64,000 nucleotides of DNA. It comes from Octopus vulgaris (Eukaryota). The stretch is taken from NCBI GenBank assembly GCA_951406725.2, contig OX597817.1, positions 51,522,001 through 51,586,000 on the forward strand, given 5' to 3'. Position numbers and translations under genes: made by a program. The notes under the pieces were generated by a model that was not told the origin of the DNA, did no database searches, and was given only the letters and a program-made list of their open reading frames with translations. Within the stretch, counting starts at the first letter, position 1. Each line of letters starts with the position of its first letter. Positions 1 through 11,282 of this stretch are shown piece by piece.

Positions 1-704
1 ATTTTTGGTAAGCCGTAGAAGTTGCTGGGTTTTGGTTCAAAATTGGTGATGTAGTCTTTTTCATTATCCGTAAGTGAGTTGTGGTGTGTTGAAATCAGGT
101 TGTTGATCTTTTTCATGATGTGGTGGTCTATATTTGCGGGTATTTCACAATAGAAGGTTGTATCCTTCAGTTGGTCTTCAACCAAATCCTTATAGTATTC
201 GGTATCCATAATAACAATTGCACCACCTTTATCTGCTTGTTTAATTATTATTGTTTGATTGTTTTGTATACGTTTACATGCAGACATCTCTGATTTGCTA
301 ATGTTTGGCCTAACATTGGTATTGCGTCTAAGGGGAAATTTAGACAGGATATCAATGTATTGGTCAAGGTAGTTATTTCTTCCTTTTGGTGGGGTGAAAT
401 TTGATTTATTCCTTACTAGGGATTCATCAATCTCATTACTTTTGTTAGCGAAGAATTCTACAAGTCGTAATTTTCGACAGAATTTTTGGATATCCTCCTT
501 TAATTCTTGGTGGTTGGCTGTTGGTGTAGGTGTGAATTTCAGTCCTTTTGACAGAAGTTGGATTTCATCATTGTCAAGATCTCTTTTTGATAAATTAATT
601 ATTTTAGGATCTATACGTTCAGTTGTTTGGGGTATGTTTCCTCTTGGATTTTTTCTTTCTCCGGTGTTTGTTGTCCTGACGTAAAAAAATGGATTTTTTT
701 CTGG
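1..704 (-). CDS. PLE reverse transcriptase ORF, N-terminal part (no ATG at its start; incomplete at window edge)
   Basis: Hand translation in the -1 frame relative to ORF1: ...IDPKIINLSKRDLDNDEIQLLSKGLKFTPTP...IIIKQADKGGAIVIMD...SNFYGLPK; not in the supplied ORF track. Confidence 0.88.
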
Positions 705-1903
705 TTATGATTTATATTCCTGTTGATGTTTGCTTGATGAATTTTGCGTTTTGGTTGTGGTACTTTACTTGGTTTCGTTATGTTTTCTGTCTTGTTTTTG
801 GTATTATGTATGCTACTTTTCAATTTCTTGTTAGCATTGTTTTTAACCACCTGGAGAAATGATCTGGGTTTACTTCTAGATCTAGATCGGTTTTTTGTCC
901 AGTTTCTTGTGGGTAATCTATGTTGAGGTCTTGAAAATGATCTCCTGTTATTTCTACTGCTAATGGTCTGTTCAAAACAATATCTATTTTGTTTGTGCTT
1001 TTTGTTCATGTTGTGTGCATTAGGGTGTTTGCATACAAAATGGGAAGAGTTCTTACCGTAGTTCGTCTTCGATTCGTGGTGAAACGGGTGTTCATGTTGC
1101 CACGTGTTCTGGTGTATGTTGCGTTGGTGAGGTTGTCCACTTTTAATGCTATTTCTCGGAGTTCTGGTGTCTTTACCGTAATTTGTAGCATATTTGTCGA
1201 GAAATAATTGTTTCCGCTGCCAAAACTTTCTTGATCTGCTTTCTTCTTTTGAGATATCTCTGATCCATAGTTCTCGCATTTTTTCTGCTATATTGCCGGT
1301 CGTTAGTTTGGATATTTCATCTCTGATTTGATCATCGATAGCTTCGTATTTGGCTTTGTAGCGGGATTGTTTAGACAGGGTAATGGAGATGTCGGTCCTG
1401 AATTTTATCAAACTAAGGTCCCATCGAAGTTTAGTTTCTTCCTCTGGTTCTCCTGCAATTTCTTTAATTAGGTACTTCCGAGGAAGTATGGGTGCCGCTA
1501 AAGATATCCATTTCGAATGTATTTCAGCATATTTTTCGCATTTATATGCCTTCCAGAAGTTTTGTTTTCTTATGTTAAGGAGTTTTTTCCATGTCTTCTG
1601 TATCTCTTCTCTTTTTCGGTGTGCCTCTTTTTCCAGATTTCTTTCGTTTATTTCTGACATCCAAGGAGGTTGTGGTAGGCTTTCTCTTGTAGATTTTATA
1701 ATTGTTGGTATCATTTCAGCTAAATTCTTAATTTCAGAGTTTATGTGTTCATTTCCAAGTTTTCCGTCTGTAGACTGTTTTTCTATTTCCTTTAAAATAG
1801 AGGATTGTGTGTCAATCATCGTGATGAGTGTTGATAATTTCGATGAAATTTCCATTAGAATTCTTTCGGATTCTGTTAATTTTGTTTGTTGCTTTCCAGA
1901 CAT
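611..1903 (-). CDS. PLE ORF1, 430 aa; helical/coiled-coil-like N-half, basic Asn/Arg/Ser-rich C-half
   Basis: Intact ATG-initiated ORF between the pseudo-LTR and the RT ORF, overlapping the latter by about 95 nt. Confidence 0.8.
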   Translation of the reverse strand: MSGKQQTKLTESERILMEISSKLSTLITMIDTQSSILKEIEKQSTDGKLGNEHINSEIKNLAEMIPTIIKSTRESLPQPPWMSEINERNLEKEAHRKREEIQKTWKKLLNIRKQNFWKAYKCEKYAEIHSKWISLAAPILPRKYLIKEIAGEPEEETKLRWDLSLIKFRTDISITLSKQSRYKAKYEAIDDQIRDEISKLTTGNIAEKMRELWIRDISKEESRSRKFWQRKQLFLDKYATNYGKDTRTPRNSIKSGQPHQRNIHQNTWQHEHPFHHESKTNYGKNSSHFVCKHPNAHNMNKKHKQNRYCFEQTISSRNNRRSFSRPQHRLPTRNWTKNRSRSRSKPRSFLQVVKNNANKKLKSSIHNTKNKTENITKPSKVPQPKRKIHQANINRNINHNQKKIHFFTSGQQTPEKEKIQEETYPKQLNV

Positions 1904-2108
1904 GTTGGCATATACACAATAGGAATATAGATATATATATATATGGGTGTGTGTGATTGTGTATAGAAGAATATATTAATAAAAAGAATTCCAACCTTGT
2001 CTGATTTTCACGTTTTATTTACAATCTTATAATGATATATTATAAGATAATATATTATAATTGAATAAAATAAAATGAAATAGTAGAATGTTAAATATTC
2101 ATTCTGAT

Positions 2109-2153
2109 TGAACTAGTACTTTCATGCATTGAATTCTGCAATCTTCGGGTTCA
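2109..2153 (-). ncRNA. Minimal type-I hammerhead ribozyme (U4C core variant) in the PLE pseudo-LTR
   Basis: Minus strand: tgaac CCGAAGA ttgca-gaattcaa-tgcat GAAA gtac TA gttca; stem I tgaac/gttca, palindromic stem III agtact. Confidence 0.8.
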
Positions 2154-2213
2154 TGTAGTAGTGTTGACAGTCATGCTTCACAATTTTTGACTGTAGCAAG
2201 ATGAGTGATTCTG

Positions 2214-2335
2214 TGCTATAAATACAGCTGGGTAGGCTCCAGAGTGCTAGGTTTTGCAAACTGTATTCTGACCAATCAGTGTGTAGTATCACTCAATTAC
2301 TTAAGCTGATTGGTTGGTTGAGCTGATTGGTTTAG
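2214..2335 (-). promoter_or_regulatory. Putative pseudo-LTR promoter: three CCAAT boxes and a TATA-like element upstream of the ribozyme and ORF1
   Basis: ACCAATCAG near 2271 (+) and near 2306-2315 and 2324-2332 (-); tataaata at about 2216-2223 (TATTTATA on minus). Confidence 0.4.
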
Positions 2336-2647
2336 GCATCACGCTTTGTTGGACAGGTCAAGAGTCCTGTATCTTGACCCTGGCCGAAGCAGCAATTGTT
2401 GGGTTATTTTTAGAAATGTTGTAAATATCCTTTGTCAGAGATTTTTATATTTTTATATTTCAATTGTCATCATCATCATTGTCAGCACCTTAATTATTGT
2501 TGCTAGTGGTGATGGTGGTGGCAATAGAACTTTTAACCCTAAATAAGATAATTTTCCTGCTATCTTCGTCTTGATCACCTTTAGTATTGTTGTTGTTGTT
2601 AGTGGTCATGGTCGTAGCAGTGGAAGTAATACCTCTAAGTATTATTA

Positions 2648-3724
2648 TTATTGCTTATTTAGCTTGGGTTCGAATTTATCAATAAAATTCTTTTCTCTGA
2701 TTTTCCTCTCGATTTCACTTGGGCTGTGTAATTTGTAGAATGGAAATATTATATATATTTTCCGACCACATGTTGCTAGGTGGTTACTCAAAGGTATCTG
2801 ACGGACCTCTGGGTCTCTAATCTGTTGCCGGTGTACACGTGAGCGTTCTAATAGTGCGTTTCCCGTCTGACCTACATATATTTCTTCACAATTTGGGCAT
2901 TTGATGCAGTAAATTAAATTTCTGCTTTTGCAGTTCATATTCGCGTTTGTGAATATTTTCCCGGTTTTTGTGTTTATATATTGACCGGTATGTATGAATT
3001 GGCATGTGCCACATCGGCTATCATTGCATTTAGATACCGTGAATGTTTGGTCTTTGTTGCTGAGGTCAAATTTTGCCTTTGTTAGTAATGTTTTCAAGTT
3101 TTTAGGCTGTCTTTTACTAAGCACCATAGCTCGATCCTTGATTATGTCTTTTAATTCATTACTTTGGGCAATGATTGGTAGGTTTGCTTTGGCAATGTTG
3201 AAGATATTCTGGTGACATGGGTTGTGTGTCACTATGAATGGTATGACTTGTTCTTGTTTTCCTCTTCCTTGGGTTGTCCTAAGTTGTTGTATAGGTATTT
3301 TTATAGCCCGCTGTATGCCATTTTCTATAAGTAGAGATGGGTATTTTTGTTTGAGCAAACATTCTCTTAGTTCTATTAGGCGTTTGTTCCTGATATTTGC
3401 ATCTTCTACAATAGTACAAATTCTTCTGGCTAGGCAGTATGGGATGTTACGTTTTGTATGTGGTGGATGGCACGACTTAAAATTTAGGTATTGATGTGTG
3501 TCTGTGTGTTTATAGTATATATCTGTGGTGATGGTGGTGTCTTTTTTAATTACCATTATATCCAGGAATGGTAATTTGGTACTACTCATCTCCTTTGTAA
3601 ATTTGAGAGATGGGTGTAGGTTGTTCAGGAGGATATTGAACTCTTCCAGAGTATTTAGAGATTCTGTCCAGATTATGAAACAGTCGTCTAGGTATCTCTT
3701 CCATGCCTTTTCAATATACTTTCT
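2648..3724 (-). CDS. PLE RT C-terminus (YLDD, thumb), Cys-rich linker and GIY-YIG endonuclease; 5'-truncated
   Basis: The 313-aa ORF in the track extends upstream without a stop through KAWKRYLDDCFIIW; ends REKNFIDKFEPKLNKQ. Confidence 0.92.
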   Translation of the reverse strand, partial: RKYIEKAWKRYLDDCFIIWTESLNTLEEFNILLNNLHPSLKFTKEMSSTKLPFLDIMVIKKDTTITTDIYYKHTDTHQYLNFKSCHPPHTKRNIPYCLARRICTIVEDANIRNKRLIELRECLLKQKYPSLLIENGIQRAIKIPIQQLRTTQGRGKQEQVIPFIVTHNPCHQNIFNIAKANLPIIAQSNELKDIIKDRAMVLSKRQPKNLKTLLTKAKFDLSNKDQTFTVSKCNDSRCGTCQFIHTGQYINTKTGKIFTNANMNCKSRNLIYCIKCPNCEEIYVGQTGNALLERSRVHRQQIRDPEVRQIPLSNHLATCGRKIYIIFPFYKLHSPSEIERKIREKNFIDKFEPKLNKQ

Positions 3725-3834
3725 ATGTATATATATATATGTATGTGTATATAAAATTGGATTTAATAAAATTGGATTTAATCCTAAATCTCATTTTTCC
3801 CTGTAAGTTTGAATTTATTCCCTAATATTATTAT

Positions 3835-3870
<36 letters not shown>

Positions 3871-4439
3871 CATTTAAAGTATCTAGAGTAAAAATGTGAA
3901 TATTCTTATATAAGTTTTTCATTTTATGCAAGCAATTATAAGACATAATTACTTCACAGCTTTAAAATCTCGGCTAAGTTTATTCTCCTTAGAAATTCAC
4001 ACTTTAGTTCAGTTTTCGTTTTTTCTTACAACTTTAACGATAAAATAGATACAGTTTTTTTATCATATTTTTATACCCTTCAATAAATCTTAAAAACACT
4101 TTATTTGTCAATAAAATCAGAATTCGTGCATTATAAAATATGGTACCAAAATATCCGTATTCAAATTTCAGGTTGTCATGACACAACGCATAAAATATAT
4201 TTCTCTCAAAACATCATTTAATTGAAAAGCAGTGAGATGTTTTATAATATTACGAAATGTTCCGCCACCCCAGAAATTAGTAACTTATTTTTTGCAGTTA
4301 TGTTTCTATAATGTTATATTTTACAAAGTTCTTACGTCATTAAAATCATGCAACCGTAAAATTCCGTCATTCAATTTTTCATTACGGAGTGTAATAAATG
4401 GGTGAGGGTAAAAAGTTATTTTACTCTTAATTTATACAG

Positions 4440-4615
4440 TTAGTTAGTTAGTTAGTTAATGTGGCTCAAAAGCAATTAGCAAGGCCATGTAGGGGGACAT
4501 GGAGTTAAGTACAGGGTGGTGTTCATGTAAAGAGTTCAGGCCACTTGAGGTCCAGGGAGGCTTTGAACAAAGCGGTTGTCGGCATCTTTACCATCTCGTC
4601 TGGCAGCTTGTTATA
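4440..4615 (-). mobile_element. CR1-group LINE 3' fragment with (CTAA)n tail
   Basis: Reverse-complement match to 39570-39745. Confidence 0.8.
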
Positions 4616-4668
4616 AGAAAATGGAGGGGATCAAGAGGTGTATTCATCAACTTTTAGACATTATATTA

Positions 4669-4884
4669 TACTCTTTACTTTTTTACTTGTTTCAGTTATT
4701 TGACTGTGGCCATGCTGGAGCACCGCCTTTAGTCGAGCAAATCGAACCCAGGACTTATTCTTTGGAAGCCTAGCCCTTAATCTATCGGTGTCTTTTGCCG
4801 AAACGATAAGTTACGGGGACGTAATCACACCAGCATAAGTTGTCAAGCGATGTTTGGGGGACAAACAAAGAAACACCAATATAT

Positions 4885-4940
<56 letters not shown>

Positions 4941-5197
4941 GACGGGCTTCTTTCTGTTTCCGTCTACCAAATCCAATCACAAAGCTTTGGTCGGCCCAAG
5001 GCTATAGTAGAAGATACTTGCCCAAGGTGCCACGCAGTGGGACTGAACCCAGAACCATGTGGTAACCTAGTGGTTCGGCAAAAGAGACCGATAGAATAAG
5101 TACTAGGCTTACAAAGAATAAGTCCTGGGGGCGATTTGCTCGACTAAAAGGCGGTGCCCCAGCATAGCCACAGTCAAATGACTGAAACAAGTAAAAT
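4669..5197. mobile_element. tRNA-derived SINE family A (minus, 4669-5062) with an inverted 3' half (plus, 5063-5197)
   Basis: Same sequence recurs at 21730, 24477, 27085, 29454, 45556, 57124 and 58434; B-box-like GGTTCAGTCCC. Confidence 0.8.
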
Positions 5198-5779
5198 AGT
5201 AACTCAGCAGCGAAAGCATCTCAAACTTTGTGATTTACCGGAATACCGACGACGCATTAGAAAGACAAATTCTAATAAAAAATTTTCCTGCCAACTTTAC
5301 CGGAACAACGGTAAGATCAAAAACATGGAAATAATACTTTGATCGTTTGTGTAATCAGTTTTCTTTAGTTCCTTATCTTCAGTAGCTTTCAAAGTCCTCT
5401 TGATTACTGTTTATTGTGAAACCTCCTTGGTGGAATTAAAAACAGCTGGTAATAAATTAATATACAAAGTAAAGCTGTAGGCACTGATCAGACAACAACG
5501 TAAATGATTAAAGCTGATGAAGTTTAATTGCTCTTTATAATATAATCATTATTTACATTTCGGCTAGACAAGTGTAAGATCCTGCCGGGCTAGAAGAAAG
5601 CCATCAAGTGTCAGCATAAAAGAGAATGTGTTGACTGTTCTTGCAATATGAGAGAATTAGAGACACGGTATGTGTGTGAGACACAGACAGAGAAATGAAT
5701 TTTATGCGAACTGTCGGCAAGGGCATCTGGCCAAACAACTTTAAAACATTTGAACAGCACTGGGTAGAATTCACGTCGA

Positions 5780-6850
5780 TTGGCGATCAACCAAGATAAA
5801 TTGTTGCATAACAAAACTGACAACATTCTCTCCATCACACCCACCGATCTAATGTTTAAAGTTATCAACGATGGCGCTGGAGAGCACATGGAATCATGTG
5901 ATGTTAATTACTGGAATATTAATACTCTTATATACACATCCGCTATGATTCTTAAAGAACACCTAGGAGAAATCTACAATGAACAAAGTGACGAAATTAC
6001 AAAGCAGAAACAACTAAAATAGAAAACAAAACTTGAAGAAAACATCAACATTCATATTTTCTTTTCATTGTTCGACTGTGGTCAAGACAACGGAATTTAC
6101 TATGTTACACCAGACCTCACGGTCCATCATAGCATTACGGAGGTCCTGTTGCTGGATGCCTGTATCCCTGGAGATTACATCAGGGTAGGAGAGTGTGTGC
6201 CCTCTGGTATCGCGAGCAGATGACTTCCAGAGAAGAGTAGAAATTACCTCGTTTTCAGCTCTACAACAATGTCCAGCAAACTGGACTCTCCTACCTTTAA
6301 CAAGAGATGATACAGGTGGTAATCTCCTATATATTTGTACTTTGATTTGATGACGCTTCCACGAGAGATTTTGAACTCTCATAAGGAGGCGAGTGTAAGT
6401 TCCATCCAACCGCCTCTCAACAACGTGCGACGGCATATTGGATGGTTAACTACAACAATAAAATGTAATGAGAAAATTTGAGTTTACACCTCTCCAACTC
6501 TAGACAAAAATTAATGAATCTTTATGGCATCTCTTCACACAGAGCTCTCGAGGGGAAGCTGATCACTTTAAAACGTAAACTCGGGAGGTTGAGCGAGAGA
6601 CTCCACTATCGCAAGAGAATTTTCAATCGCAAGTTTGCTTCCAGCCTACAAGCATATTCAGAAATCTACAGTTGCTCTATCCAGATTACAAGTTAGAGTC
6701 CGTACCTGTAATTATTGGAAAACTGGGATAGGTAACACACTGCCTAAGTACCAATCTTCAGAAATTAGGCTTTTCGAAGACTAGGGATTCAATCTACACT
6801 GGAACTGTAAAAATCTGAAAAAAACTTTCGAGGAGCTTATCATTTAAATA
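5780..6850 (+). mobile_element. Decayed, internally deleted R4/Dong-like (RLE) LINE interrupted by an RTE fragment
   Basis: Frame ...KLEENIN|NVRRHIGWL rejoins across the insertion; ESVPVIIGKLG resembles the RLE C-terminus. Confidence 0.5.
6051..6416 (-). mobile_element. RTE-clade LINE 3' fragment
   Basis: RLDGTYTRLLMRVQNLSWKRH...RVQFAGHCCR...AMMDREVW; flanked by a tcaaca duplication. Confidence 0.75.
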
Positions 6851-6871
6851 TATATCAGCATATCTAGATAT

Positions 6872-7145
6872 GGAGCGGACTCGCTGTCGGAGGAGGATCA
6901 CGGTTTCGATTCCCACGCCGAGCGTTGTGTGTGTTTATTGAGCGAAAACATCTTAAGCTCCACAAGTTTCCGGCAGGGGGTTGTGGCGACCCCTATTGTA
7001 CTCTTTCGCTCCAACTTGCTCTCACTCTCTCTTCCTGTTTCTTGAGTAACGTTGCGATGAACTGGCGTCCCGTTCAGCTGGGGTGAACACATACGCCACA
7101 GAAACCGGGAAACCGGGCCCATGAGCCTGGCTAGGCTTGAAAAGG
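6872..7145 (+). mobile_element. tRNA-derived SINE family C, tail type 3
   Basis: Head shared with 12460 and 31963; tail (ggactggcgtcccgt...gaaaccgggaaacc) shared with 30182 and 34457. Confidence 0.75.
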
Positions 7146-8076
7146 GTAGAAAAGAGAAATGCCTAGATATGCAACTATATGCATGAGATTGCATACATAA
7201 AACAAGACATACAAATCTGCACATAGACATGCATTCATACAAACATACATACAAACAAAAATACCCTGTTGTTGATGTTGAAATTTAAATGAAGAAGTCT
7301 TGGATCTAGGTTAGAAACCGGCTCTTTCACTATTGTCAACAATTCTTGAAATAAAACTGAACAATGACATACATACAAACATACATACATACATGCATAC
7401 ACATACATGCACAAACATATCAGTACAACACACAGCAATGAATTTCCAAGATGGTTGATTTCACGTTTCCGTTTCAATTACGAGATTTAAAAATATAAAA
7501 ATTCGTTCTCTAACACAAAAGATTACGTAAAAAGTTATGACATTTTAAATGTTGATGTTTTTATTATTATATATTTATCTAGAAAAGAAAGTTTTACTCT
7601 CCTCTCAATTTTAGTAAATAACTTTCACAGATATTTCAATCACTTTATTATATTATATTATATAATATCATATTATCTTATATTATATTATATTATATTA
7701 TATTGTATTATATTATATATTATAATATTCTATGCTGTATTGTATACACCACATGATATTATTATCATTATCGTCCTTGGTTTGTTTTCTTTTTTGAAGA
7801 AGTATTTTGTCATTATGGCTTTATTTGAAGGATTGTAACATTGTTCAGTAACGCCATTGTTTCTTTCAATGTGTCGTTTCAAAGTTTTCCGATATAATGT
7901 GTACGTAACATAATAAAACTGAAGATACAAATACATACATACATACACACACACACAAAAGAAAAAACACACACAAACACACGTAAACACACATGCATAC
8001 ATATGTCCATACTCATACATACGACATATGTGTACACTTGTGTTTGTGAATGTTTGCGTATATACATATATATATG

Positions 8077-8121
<45 letters not shown>

Positions 8122-8275
8122 TAGAGAGATAGACAGACTGATTAAAAGAGAGTGAGATGTATATATGTATACATACCACAGTATACAGAATATTATGCAT
8201 ATAATCCACAATATATATGTGTATGTAGCAGTATGCAAATGTATGTGGTTGTGTGTATGTATCTGTGTCTGTATG

Positions 8276-8325
<50 letters not shown>

Positions 8326-9120
8326 GAGAGAGAGAGAGAGAGAGAGAGATAGATAACAAAAAGTAGATGACAAAAGAACGGGACTTACGTAATAACTTGC
8401 ATTAGCTCACAGCTATTTCCACACTTTTGTGCATTTGAAGGTGGAAAAAAATGCCCGAAGACATATATATATATACATGCATGCCTACATACATACATAT
8501 GTGTGCGCATTATGTATGAATATATGTATTCTTCTATGTATATGTATACTTATGTGCGACCGTATATATAGATATATATGCATAATATATATATATATAT
8601 ATATATATATGTACGTATATAATACATACATACACTGACACACACACTTTGTATATATATATATATATATATATATACGCGCATACAAAAACACACCCAC
8701 ACACATGTATATTCCGAAGAAAACGCACAGGAACGTATATAAACGTGCAGACATAAAAAAACAGATGCCGACATATACCGATATAGACATATGTGTTCCA
8801 GTATCTACACATACGTGTGGGTCCGCGCGTACAATAGTGTAGACGCTCATATTGATTAACATGTACGTTACACATGCCTACACAAATATATTCACACATT
8901 CACATAATAAACATATGCCCATCCTGGCATTCACACACCGTTGTACATACCATTGTACCTTAATACATATTTATAGATGCGCACATATATGTACATATAT
9001 GTATTGACGTATATGCTTATGTCGTATCGAAATTTGACCATGGGCATGTACTTAACTGGACCAACTCATACAAGAATATGGAGATAGATATTTTATTATA
9101 ATTAAAATATACGTAATAAT

Positions 9121-9335
9121 TTAAACAGTAAAGCCAGTCGCCACATCAAAATGGCTGTTGAATATTTCTACTAGTTTAACCCCAGGTAGATTCTCCGCCA
9201 GCTGGCTATAGATGCACCCATTATATGCAATATATAAAGGGTGCAGAATGTTACACCGATAACCAGCTGGTTGAGAATCTGTAGTAATAGCATTCAACAG
9301 TCACTTTGATGCGGCGACTGGCTTTACTGTTTAGT
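9121..9335. repeat. Fold-back inverted repeat
   Basis: taaacagtaaagccagtcgccacatcaaa ... tttgatgcggcgactggctttactgttta, with inner ccagctgg and tgcaccc/gggtgca pairs. Confidence 0.8.
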
Positions 9336-9681
9336 ATACATCACTATTCTATCTCCTGAGATTTCATAACTAGCTGACCACGTTGCATCAAAAATGACGG
9401 CCAATTGTAGTATTTATACATAAATAAGGTACGTAATAATCACATATACAAATATCCATATACTCCCCTTGTACACGCACACACATTCATACATATAAAC
9501 ACGCAGTGTTGAAACGCTGATTTTTTTCCACCCCTTCCTTCCTTATTCGTCTATCACACCTTTATTTCTCTCATTGCTATTACTTTCTCTCATTCCCTCT
9601 CTGTCAGGGCTATTACTCTCACTACTTCTCCTTCACTTAATTTCCATTTTCTGTTCTCCGCTGTATGCATGTGTGTGATTG

Positions 9682-9721
<40 letters not shown>

Positions 9722-9865
9722 TAATTTATAAAAATAGGGTAAAGTAAAATAATTTACTTCACCACACACCGAGCTTTTTAGAAATAGCAGCTCGGTCGAA
9801 TTAATTAATAATTAATTAATTCTACCCTTTTCATTGACTATATATATATATAGATAGATAGATAA

Positions 9866-9960
<95 letters not shown>

Positions 9961-9967
9961 TACCAGC

Positions 9968-10009
<42 letters not shown>

Positions 10010-10013
<4 letters not shown>

Positions 10014-10218
10014 AATGTGACCGCGTGTGTACCGTTGGCAATTTTTTTCCTCCGTCTTCTCTTCCTTGGATCTTTCCTTTCCCTATGCTTCTCACGAAGA
10101 GCTCCACTCGAAATGTTAAACCCTCCTTCTTTCCTTCTTTCCTGAGCGTCCAATAACATTATATTTGTTCAACGTCCTCGCGTTGTTGTGTTTTCTGTTT
10201 GTGTTTTCATGTTTGGAT

Positions 10219-10222
<4 letters not shown>
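10010..10222 (+). mobile_element. About 210-bp (TA)n-embedded non-coding element with a decayed minimal hammerhead (10087-10121)
   Basis: Second copy at 62940-63150; here gctt CTCACGA agagctccactc GAAA tgtt aaac. Confidence 0.7.
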
Positions 10223-10291
<69 letters not shown>

Positions 10292-10327
10292 GTGTATCTG
10301 TGTGTATATATATATAAACATATATAT

Positions 10328-10377
<50 letters not shown>

Positions 10378-10387
10378 ACACACACAC

Positions 10388-10418
<31 letters not shown>

Positions 10419-11153
10419 CTTAGACTCACACACACATATATATTTATATATATGAAATTCCGTAAATGTAGCTATTTCTGTCTATGTATGTGTGTGTTCT
10501 CTGGATTTCAAAAGAAATGTAAAGTTTAATGTATTCAACACTTCTCTAAGATTACATAAAAATGCAGAATAAATCTCCTATATTTTATTACTTTACAAGT
10601 GAATAATTTTTCTTGATTATGAATTTGTACATCCGCTAACCACGCGTATTTATATGTGTGTCTCTGTCTGTAATTGTTAGAAGTTGAATGAATGGAAGAC
10701 TATGGATCAATTCTTTTTTTTTTCCGTTTCCAAAGCTAGAGAACGTTCGCTCCGAGCTATCTGAGTGTATATTTTTTTTTTATTGAAACGCTTCGTTCTT
10801 TCACTTCTTAGATTTCACCGCTTTTTCTGTTTATTCAGGTGAAATATGAACGACTAAACGGAGTGAAAGTATAGGAGACTCTAAGTAGCGAGAGACCAAA
10901 GTGTGTGTGTATAGATAGATAGATACATACATACATACGTACATACATAGATGATAGATAGATGATAGATAGATATACACATACATATATATATGCATGC
11001 ATACATACATATATACAAACACGCATACGTGATGGAATATGAAGCATAAATGGAACTTAATACATATGTATATACTTTATGTATATTTTTGTTTTTTGTT
11101 TTTGTTTTCTCAGCAGAATATTACAGAAGTATTTCGGCCGAAAGATTCTTGGT

Positions 11154-11269
<116 letters not shown>

Positions 11270-11282
11270 AGAGGGAGAGAGA

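Larger units (their letters stand above)
1..3724 (-). mobile_element. Penelope-like retroelement (Neptune-type), partial tandem: 5'-truncated copy (RT C-term + GIY-YIG) / pseudo-LTR / ORF1 + start of RT ORF, running off the window
   Basis: Minus-strand translation gives WKRYLDDCF, LPFLDI, YYKHTDTHQYL, KCNDSRCGTC and LIYCIKCPNCEEIYVGQTG; a second copy gives IINLS..LLSKGLKFTP, ADKGG and FYGLPK; a hammerhead lies between them. Confidence 0.93.

Noticed and set aside
1383-1922. Plus-strand ORFs over the PLE and LINE (also 42186-43004)
   Set aside because: Antisense shadows of retroelement ORFs with no independent motifs
7255-7370. ATGAAGA...GAAAccgg motif in an (ACAT)n-flanked repeat
   Set aside because: Core and stem I do not fit; more likely a LINE 3' stem-loop
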